Of a DNA stretch of 64,000 nucleotides, positions 1 through 10,100 are shown piece after piece. The DNA is from Schmidtea nova (taxonomy: Eukaryota): NCBI GenBank assembly GCA_044892505.1, contig CM097883.1, positions 157,976,001 through 158,040,000 on the forward strand, written 5' to 3'. Position 1 is the first letter of the stretch, and every line of letters starts with the position of its first letter. The position numbers and the translations under genes were made by a program. The notes under the pieces were generated by a model. It was not told where the DNA came from. It saw nothing but the letters and a program-made list of their open reading frames with translations, and did no database searches.

Positions 1-357
1 ATGGAATTAAAGAAATGCCTAAAATCGGTAACGGCATCGTATTTAACTCAAGAGCTCAGCCAGCTCATTCGACCAATCACTTATCAGCATTGGGCTGACG
101 AGAAAGCAGGATGCACAAAAGGAACGAACACCGAGGAACCCTCTCAGGTTCAAGCAACAACAGCAGCCAGTACACCAAAGAATCCGATAAATCCAGAAGT
201 CAAGAAGAAAAAGAAGAGTAAGATGGGCGCACGTCAGCGTCGCTGGAAGAAACAAGTTCTTCAGCAATTGGCTCAACAATCCAAAAAAATTCCAGAAATT
301 GATTTGACCATGAATTTTGCAATATCAGATGAAGACATTACCAAATACTTTGAATAG
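1..357 (+). CDS. C-terminal part of the LTR-encoded basic protein (5' LTR copy of 21936-22526)
   Basis: Translation equals the last 118 aa of the 196-aa ORF except R/Q and K/E substitutions. Confidence 0.7.
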   Translation: MELKKCLKSVTASYLTQELSQLIRPITYQHWADEKAGCTKGTNTEEPSQVQATTAASTPKNPINPEVKKKKKSKMGARQRRWKKQVLQQLAQQSKKIPEIDLTMNFAISDEDITKYFE

Positions 358-963
358 GAATTTTGTGATTTAGCTGTTTTCGCGTATTAAATAATTTTTG
401 TTTTGTATTTATTTTATCGTAAAGTATATGAAATAGAGTGATTCATTAAAAATTTAAAATAATTTAAAGGAAAATATAGAATAAATTAACTATACATTAG
501 AATTAACAATAAGATTAACCTAAATCTAATAAACAATAGAAACATTAAAGAGATAATAAATTGTAATTGATTAAGGATTATTTGTTGATATTGTAAAGAA
601 GGGGGCTGAAAGAAAAGTTGAGAGTTGAAAGATAGTGTAAAGAAAAGGGGGCTAAAAGAAATAATTGAAATGAAAGATAATGGATGCGGATAGATTAAAG
701 TTAAAGCGTAAGTCCTTCTATCGGCAGCGAGACGAACCCGTGAACATAAATGGGGAGTAGTTTTAGCAATAGAGCTCACCTGCCCATCATTGTTCAAACA
801 CCTTGCACATTTCCAACTCGATTATTACAGGGAAATGATCGAGGGTGCTCGTGTGATATGTAAGCATTTTATGTGAGGTTTTGGATGGAGGAATCCCTAG
901 AGCGTTTAAGAATAATTATTAATTCATTTTGTATTTTTGTTTTAACCCAATCCGAAACCAACA
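1..963 (+). repeat. 5' LTR (3' part only; truncated by window start)
   Basis: Matches 22170-23132; ends ...CCAACA, 9 nt before the PBS. Confidence 0.95.
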
Positions 964-972
964 ACATAAATT

Positions 973-990
973 TGGGGGCTCAGCCGGGAT
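973..990 (+). promoter_or_regulatory. Primer-binding site, tRNA-Pro type
   Basis: TGGGGGCTCAGCCGGGAT matches 16/18 of the canonical Pro PBS TGGGGGCTCGTCCGGGAT, just after the LTR end. Confidence 0.85.
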
Positions 991-1127
991 CAAATTGGTT
1001 TTTGTGCAAAAAATTGAATCCAACAATAACAGGGAGTTTTAAAGTGCCCCTCAGCTGGGATGAAAATGGTTTTGTGCGAAAAATTGAATCCAATAATAAC
1101 CAGGAGTTTTAAAGTGCCCCTCAGCCG
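979..1127 (+). repeat. ~70-bp tandem duplication reiterating the 3' half of the PBS
   Basis: CTCAGC(C/T)G at 979, 1050 and 1120; the two intervening units are near-identical. Confidence 0.85.
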
Positions 1128-1429
1128 AAAACATAATTGATTTTTGTATTAAAGTGAAAACAATATCAACAGAGAATTTTTAAAGAAACAATGAGTGAAT
1201 AAATATAACAACAGACGATTAAAAATTGAGATTAAAATAAAATAAATAAACACAAATAAATATGTCGGGACGACAATTTGATGAAGCAGGGAGAGGTTTA
1301 ACATCAGAAAACGAAATGTACCACTACTTTTAAATAATACAAATCGAGCAAATAGAGAAACAAGATGTTGAAATTTTTATTTTTAACAAATAAAACAGCA
1401 AATATATTAATAATATCAACTATTTAGCA

Positions 1430-1891
1430 ATGAACGACAAATTAAAAGAAATAGAAGAATTCTTAAACACGGAAAACAAAACATACGATGAACTATGCGA
1501 AAAAATAAGTCGAATAAGAGAATCCGGATTCAAAGAACCCATGACACAAACTGAAGAGACAACAGAGCTGATAAAAATAATGGAAAGAGTAGACAAAATA
1601 GATATAACAACTAGATACAAGTGGTACCGAACGAGATTAGAAAATGCTGATGTAAACATAAAATGCAGACAGTTAGAACAACAATTAACTCCAACATACA
1701 ACAAGTGGACGATACAAGGAAATGAGACAGCTAAGAAATTTAAACTGTGTTACATATGTCGAGAAAGAGAGAATAAAATCATGTTTTTACCATGTGGACA
1801 TTTCCGGTTTTGTGGAATCTGTGCAGCCAATTGCGACAAATGCCCGATGTGCAATCTCGAAATAGACGAAAGAATTATTGTGTATTTATAA
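1430..1891 (+). CDS. RING-finger protein, IAP-type C-terminal C3HC4 RING, no BIR domain (153 aa)
   Basis: CYICRERENKIMFLPCGHFRFCGICAANCDKCPMC at the extreme C-terminus; intronless. Confidence 0.85.
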   Translation: MNDKLKEIEEFLNTENKTYDELCEKISRIRESGFKEPMTQTEETTELIKIMERVDKIDITTRYKWYRTRLENADVNIKCRQLEQQLTPTYNKWTIQGNETAKKFKLCYICRERENKIMFLPCGHFRFCGICAANCDKCPMCNLEIDERIIVYL

Positions 1892-1934
1892 TAAATAAAT
1901 GATGAATTTAGTAATATTATTCGTAATAAATAAA

Positions 1935-2110
1935 ATATGAGAAAGGATAATGAGAATTAATATGATAATTCATAATGAGAATTAATATGAGAATTCATAA
2001 TGAGAATTGATATGAGAATTCGTAATAAGAATTAATATGAGAATTTATAATGAGAATTAATACGATACTTGATAATGAGAATTAATAATGAGAATTTAAA
2101 ATGAGAGTTG
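1935..2110 (+). repeat. Degenerate short tandem repeat of TGAGAATT(A/C)ATA-like units
   Basis: Many imperfect copies of tgagaatt with AT-rich spacers. Confidence 0.7.
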
Positions 2111-2459
2111 ATAATGGCAATGACAGAAATCATAATAACAATTGATATTTATAAATAATTTTTGAGCTGCTCACGAGTAGTCCGTTAAGCACCCATTGGG
2201 AGGAACCAACCGATCAACTTACCCGAGATGTATAGAAAGGGGCCCATCGCGGAAATTGGAAAGCTTTTGTGATGTGACTGATCACCACATCTTGCATTAG
2301 TAGACCAATGCGATCTTTTTGTATATTTTGGTTGGGGTGAAAGGTAGGGACAATCTAATGAGGTTTAAGTGCGCGCAGAAAATATAAATAAAAAGAGAGA
2401 ACAGAAAACTGATCAGTAAGAAATAACGAGAATAAAAGTTAATATGATAACAAAGAATA

Positions 2460-3312
2460 ATAGCAACATGAGAATATGAACTCATGATTGTAGGCAACAT
2501 AAGAATTTGAACCTATGATTGCAGTGAATAATAGCAACATGAGAATATGAACTCATGATTGTAGGCAACATAAGAATTTGAACCTATGATTGCAGTGAAT
2601 AATAGCAACATGAGAATATGAACTCATGATTGTAGGCAACATAAGAATTTGAACCTATGATTGCAGTGAATAATAGCAACATGAGAATATGAACTCATGA
2701 TTGTAGGCAACATAAGAATTTGAACCTATGATTGCAGTGAATAATAGCAACATGAGAATATGAACTCATGATTGTAGGCAACATAAGAATTTGAACCTAT
2801 GATTGCAGTGAATAATAGCAACATGAGAATATGAACTCATGATTGTAGGCAACATAAGAATTTGAACCTATGATTGCAGTGAATAATAGCAACATGAGAA
2901 TATGAACTCATGATTGTAGGCAACATAAGAATTTGAACCTATGATTGCAGTGAATAATAGCAACATGAGAATATGAACTCATGATTGTAGGCAACATAAG
3001 AATTTGAACCTATGATTGCAGTGAATAATAGCAACATGAGAATATGAACTCATGATTGTAGGCAACATAAGAATTTGAACCTATGATTGCAGTGAATAAT
3101 AGCAACATGAGAATATGAACTCATGATTGTAGGCAACATAAGAATTTGAACCTATGATTGCAGTGAATAATAGCAACATGAGAATATGAACTCATGATTG
3201 TAGGCAACATAAGAATTTGAACCTATGATTGCAGTGAATAATAGTAACATGAGAATATGAACTCATGATTATAGGCAACATAAGGAATGTGAACCTGTGA
3301 TTGCGATTATGG
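2460..3312 (+). repeat. 71-bp tandem array: 11 identical units plus a degenerate 12th; shorter decaying subunits continue to ~3480
   Basis: tagcaacatgagaatatg recurs at 2461, 2532, 2603 ... 3171, then 3242 with substitutions. Confidence 0.95.
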
Positions 3313-4115
3313 ATAGCAACAGAAGGAATATGAACCTTTGATTGCATTGTGGATAACAACATAAGGAATATGAACCTATGATTGTAATTGTTAAAGACAA
3401 CGAAAGGAATATGAACCTAGAGTTGTATAAATTATCCGGATAAGCAACGAAAGGAATATGAACCTAGAGTTGTAGTCGTCGACGAAGTAAGAATAGTGAA
3501 TATTAGAGTTTGAATAATAAGAGTAAAGATGATTAAGAAAACTAGAGATACAGTATGCATACAAGTAGAAATAAGAATAGGAGAAATTAGAGTTGACCGT
3601 AAAAACCGGTAGAAATAGTGAGAATAGTGAGTAATGATGAGAAATTAGAGATGACCAATAGTGGGAATAATGAGTAACGATGATATAGTAAATAGTGATA
3701 AAATGATAATTGAGTCAGGAGAACTCAAGGGAATTAAAGCGTTGGAGCGACAAATTAAATTGGGAGACTGAGGGAAAAGTAATGAATTTATTTGATAACG
3801 ATAAATAATTATTACGACCATATAGATAATTGTTACCAGTGAATAGATAATTTAAATAGACTTAAATAAAGGGGAAACCGGGAATGGGGAAACAATGGAA
3901 ACCCAATAATGAGGAATAAAAGCGCAACGATAACAATGATGTATCGTTGAAGTGACTTTTTAATTTAGATATACGGAACAGAACAAGTCAAAACAACCAA
4001 CCAATCAATCAGAATACGATAACAGAGAAACAGAAAAATTGATAAATTAAAGAAAAGTAAACCGAGATCAAGAACAGTTAAAAACCAAGAAGTTAATAAT
4101 TCACAAAGAAATAAA

Positions 4116-7100
4116 TTGAGATCAAGAGCAGTTAGTGCTACAATCGAAAAAGTTGATAACTCCCAGAGAAGTAAATCGAAACAAAGAGCAACCAGTGTTA
4201 CAAAGAAAACAAATCCTAAAGGAAGTAAATCAAGAAGAGTAATAGTAGAAAAGTCAAAAGTCGAAAACAGTAAATTTGCTAAAACTAACGAAAGTGAAAC
4301 AGAAGAAAGTTTAAGTGAAACCTACGATAATTTTAATAATACAGAAGCATCAGATAACGAGTCAATAAACACAGAAGAAGTAGAAGCAGAAATTGATAAT
4401 AATTCAAACGAAACGAATAACGAGCATACTAGTGAAACAAGAGGAAACGAGAGTAAAACGACACAAGACAGCGGAATTGAAATGAACGAGCATAAAGAAG
4501 AAATCAAAGATAAATTTACTGGAGAACCATTCAATGGAGATGCCAGCAAGTTAGAAACGTTTTTAAAAGAATTTGGTATATTTGTAGAAGTATGTAAATG
4601 GAAACCAGAAACGATAAGGAGCAGAATTCAGTTATATTTAAAAGACAGTGCGTTAGATTTATATTTAGAAGCTAAAAATTCAGATGATCAACTCGATAAT
4701 TGGGAAAAGATAAAGAATTTTTTCCAGCAAACGTTTGGAATAAATAAAGTATTAAATGAAGCATTTACAGAATTTTCAATGAGGAAACAAAAAGTTAATG
4801 AATCAAATGCAGTATATGCAAGTGAATTAAAGAAATTGGCTAAATTGGCATTTAATCAAAATAGTCCAATGAGTCCAGAATTAATGGCAGCAATTTTTGT
4901 GGGGGGATTGAGAAGACCCGATATAAGAGCACAAGTTGGATGCCAAGGTTGTAAAACAATAGATGAAGCGTTGGAAATCGCTAACAGATTTGAGTTACAT
5001 ATGATCGGAAGTGAAGGAAGAATTTACCTAGCAATGGATACGACACAAAATGAACAAGCAATGAAGATAAACAATCATATCCCGAATTCACAACAATTAA
5101 ACCGACCACCACCTCAAAGGAGAAATGAAGGAAACAAAATACAAAATTACAGAAACCAAAATAATTATAGTACGCAAGGACAGACAAAGCAATGTCAAAC
5201 CTGTGGAAAGTTAGGACATTGGCAACAAGAATGTTTCGCGAATTTAAATTGTAAAAAGTGTGGAAGAAAAGGACATGCAGAAAATAGATGTTACCAAAGA
5301 TCATGTTATAACTGTGGACAATCAGGTCATATGGCGATGAACTGCCAACAACAAAACAACCAACAAAGGAATTGGTCGAACAACGGAAATCGACAAAATT
5401 ATACGAATCAACAGAGTAACGGAAACCGTCAGAATTTTGAAAATCAACAGAGTAATTATAACCAGAATAAAAGTACCACCAAGGAAATACATTTATTACA
5501 AGAAGTTCAAAGATTAACAGAATTAATAAACAATACACCGAGAGGAAATCAACAAACGAATCAACAACAAATGAATATGATGAGAAAAGTGGAAAGTGAA
5601 AATGAACGACTAAACCGAGAAAGTCAAGCACGACATGCTCAAGAATGGGCAAGAATACAAAGAGAAGACGAACAGAAACGACAAGAAAGAGAACGACAAC
5701 CACTGAGAATTAATATGATGAGAGCAGCGAATCAAACAAGAGATAACAAGGAAGATATTGAACCAGAAACAAATCAGATAAAACCAAATTTAGTAGATGA
5801 AGAAAACCAAAAAGAAATAGTACAAGAAAACGAAGAAGTTATGAAACAAAAAAGGATGTTGGTAGTCATGCCAAACGATCATGTATTTCAATTTGAATAT
5901 GATGAAAAAGAGGTAGTGGGAGTGTTAATTAATAAAATAAACAAGACGATTCCGGGAATGACGAAACTACCCCGAGAAGCATTTTTACAGACAGAAGACG
6001 AAGCAGCAATAAAATTGAAACCAACCGACATATGGAAAGATTTAGGAGTACCAATGAATAAAATGAAAGTCACAGTTATCCAAGAAATAGAAGAAAATAA
6101 CGATGAAGAGAAATCAAAACCAGTAACAAAAGTCAAAAGTAGAGCATTGAAGATATTTGAAGAGAGAATCAAACAGAGAAAAGCAATGGAGATAGAAAAA
6201 CGAAGAGGCCAAATAGAAGAATCAGAAAACAATGACAAAAAAGAAGAGATACCACCAAAAAATGTACCAGATAAAGTAGAACAGACAGCACATATAAATA
6301 TGTTAAGAAACTTAACTAGAGAATTTTCAGATGTAGAAAGTGACAGTGATGTCAGTAGTTTAGCAGGAGATATGCTAAAAGAACCAGAAAATGAAGACAA
6401 CAAGATAGAAGTAGCGAAGACGCCAGAGAATATACAAATAAAAGAAGATGAAATTCAGAAACTATTAGATAATGCGTTAGAAGTGATTTATAACGAGGAA
6501 TTTATTGAGAAGAAGCGATATCGAAAATTTATAAGAGCAGTGTTCCGAACGAACTATAAAGAACGGTTACAAAGTCGTGAAGTAGAGATACTATCAGGAT
6601 ACGTCGTCAAACTATTAGATGAACCACTCCATGAATATATAATTTTAATAGAAATAAACGAATGTTCACCAAGAATTTGGATCAAATCTCCATGCACGAA
6701 CGAAATTTATCGATGGGTAGAAGACAGATTAGGAAGTTCGTATAAAAACAAATTTATATATTCAGGAAATGAACTTGTAAGACGAGCAACGCATTTGGTA
6801 GAAACAGGCATATGGCCAGGAGAGATAACAACATTATCAATATGCGACAATAAGAAAGAGGAAAATTTACAAGAAATCGCAAAGGAAGCAAATATGTGTT
6901 TTGAGATGAGAATTAAACCTCAGTTAGTAGAAAGGAAAGAAAGAATTCTTAGAGAAAATTTAAATTCACTAATAGAACAAATTATTCAACAAATCGACAA
7001 GAATAGAGAAGAATTAACAAAAACTGAATATGAAAAATTAAAACAATGCATCGAAAATATACGAGATACCAGCCATACGAGACATTCGTCATACAAGACT

Positions 7101-10100
7101 TGGAAAGTGATCGCGAAAATGGGAAAAGCGATGTTTAAACGAGGGGAAATAGGAGATTTAAAAATCAAAGTGAAATTACCAAACGAAGACACAAAAGAAA
7201 TTGAAGTAATCGCGGATTGTACAATAGAAGAATTAGTTGATGTTATCAATGAAACTTTATTACAACGGGAAAAAGAAGACGAATTGGTAGACGATATCAT
7301 CATAAAATACAATGAACACGTACTAGGGGATCATGATGAGAGACGATTATATAAAATTGGTATATGGGATAATTACCAAACAATTCATGTTATCAGAATG
7401 GATGATACACCAAGAGAAACACCAAAAGACGAAAAAAGGAGACAAGAACGTCAAAGAGAAGCGATGCACAAACTAAGACAAATAATAGAAATTTATCGAA
7501 GATGGCAGATACAGCCAGAATGGGAAAATGTTTTAGGAGAATTAAACTTCAATGAACGCCGATTAACACCAGTAGAGAAACACTGGGATGTTAAAGAGAA
7601 ATGCTGGAAAGCAAAAGGAGGTATATATGAAGAAGAATTTAGACCAGAAATGGAAGACAAATATGAACCAGAAATTAGAAGAGTTTGTATGGTGACAAGA
7701 AAAGTCATGCCAACAGATTTGGATGGACCAGAAACCGCAGCAATATGGTTAGAAACGCAAAGACGAAAAGCCGACGAACTTATTGAATTACTAAAAGGAA
7801 ATGTACAAGGAAAAAGGCGAACGATCAAAGGATTAGCCGAATTCTTTGTAGCAGGCGGCGAAGATATAATCAGTTTAAGAAAAGTAGCCAAGGCAGTAAC
7901 AGAATATAAACGAGTTAACGAGTGGTGCCCAGAACAATTAGACAATGTAATCAAGAAATGGAGAAACCAAGAAAACTCCCAAGAACCACCGCAGAAAATA
8001 CATTTAAGGATAATATATCCAGATCGAGAAAAAGAAGAGCTTTGGGTAAGATTAACTGAAAAGATTCGAGATGTTAAAAAGAGATTAAAATACGAAACAC
8101 CATTTCATCTACAACATCAAGGACGATCATTGGAAAACGATATGGAAATTTGGATAACGCTAGCACAGTTAGATCTTGCAAATACGTTAACAGTAGACGC
8201 AATAGCAGGTCAACCATTAAAACTTAAAGAGAAAAGAGTAAGAGAAAGTGAAGATACTCAGAATCTAAGGAAGACGATGCAGATAAAACCAGGAACAAGC
8301 GCAAGGCAGTACGAAACAACATCAATTAAAACCCAAGAAAGAACTCGACCACAACCATACGATACAGAAGAAATCTTAACAGACAGTGATGACATGCTAG
8401 AAGAATTAGCAAAATTGACAAAAGAAAAAGGCAATAATATTTTCGAAAGAGTACAAGAGTTACCCACAACGTCACAAGCAATCAATACCCAAGATGAAGT
8501 TGAGCAAGAAATAGAAATAGAAGAAGTGAACGAAATCTCTGAAGAAGAAGCAAGAGGAGCAAATACAGAAAACGAACGATTTACACAAGAAATGGAAAAA
8601 TGGTGGGAACAGAGAAATAATGAACCAAGAGATGTTACAGAAGAAACTGGACGAGAAACCAGATTGATTGAAACAGGTACAACAATGGATAGACGACCTA
8701 GAGGTAGACCAAAGACAGATCCAGCCAACATAATCAACAAAACTAAAGAGGAAAGGAGACAAGAGAAATGGGAATTATGTTTAAAGAAACTCAACAAAAT
8801 AGCAGAAGCAAAAGACCAGGAAATAACGCAAAAATGTCAAGGTGAAGGATGGATATCAAAAGCACTAATGGAAATACTGGCGATAATTGATCCAGAATTG
8901 AAAAAATGGTGGAGAATAAACGAAATAAGCGACAAGGCTAAAGCATTACATAGCGCAATCGCACCAATCTTACCAGAACTGATAAAAGAAAAGGCAAAAT
9001 CAAGCCATTTAGATTGGCAAGGGACCACAACGTTGATAAAGAGGTTAACTGAAGATGCAGAAAATGATAATAAATATGTGATAGCAATTGCGTATACAAT
9101 TTATAACTTATTAACATTGAGTAGAGGTAATCCAAAATCCACAGCAATAGAGAAGCACATCAAAAATACAGCAAATATCATAGCAAAAGAAATAGAACCA
9201 TACGTCATAAGTAAAGGAGGATGGGAAACATTTGCTAAAACGAATCAAAGAAACAGTCAAGCAAAGAATATGAAAAAGAAATTTGAAGAAATTTTAGGAG
9301 AATTAGAAAAAGAAAAGTCAGGAACAGGAAGTGGAAAATCTTCACTAAACCTGAATTCAATCATAATGATGATATTAATATGGCTAATTAGCGTTGAAGG
9401 AGCAACGGCGTTCGAAGTATTTGATTGCGACCAGATGGCATTAGGAGAAAAATATTCATTAAGAGGAACCGAACAATGCAAAGATGCAACTCCAACAGAG
9501 CTAAAAGTACTACATAGGAAACAAATATATCACGTATATCAGGAAGCCGACTTAATAAAGACAACAGTTAATGAATGTAAAATATATAAAACAAGATTTG
9601 CTTTTTATTGTGGACATCGCCACTACTCTGCAATCGTATTGCCAGGAACGGAAAGAGAAGCGATAATGTTACAAGGAGAAGATTGCAATAAATTGTTCAA
9701 ACATGGAGAAGTCGAAACAAGAGATCGAATAAAGATAAGAGGAAAAGCTGGAGTAATACTACAACAAACATATTATGTAGCAGGAGCTATCACAGGAGGA
9801 GAAGGTTACTGTCAAGGAGCAACATATCCAAAATTTGGAGTACCAGCAACTAACATGGTAGTGATCGACACATATACGGTAGAATTAAAAGCGTATGAAG
9901 CATATTTTGACCCAGCAACAGGAGAAATGAAGACGTTATCAATGTGCAAAATTGAAGCCAGTACTTGTCAAACCGGTATGTCAACTTTAACATACAGAGC
10001 AAAAGCAAATGAATGCCAATTACAATTATTAAAGGAAGCAGAGTTCGACGAGGTACAAGGAAAAATCTTTCAGGAAGAAGATGATGATGAAGTAGCAAGA

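Noticed and set aside
2460-3312. 71-bp array as CRISPR or coding repeat
   Set aside because: No unique spacers; unit length not divisible by 3; no ORF
7278-7300. LVDD in the polyprotein as an RT active site
   Set aside because: Lies inside a ubiquitin-like segment; none of the other RT motifs (LPQG/MPFG, DxxxxY/F) flank it
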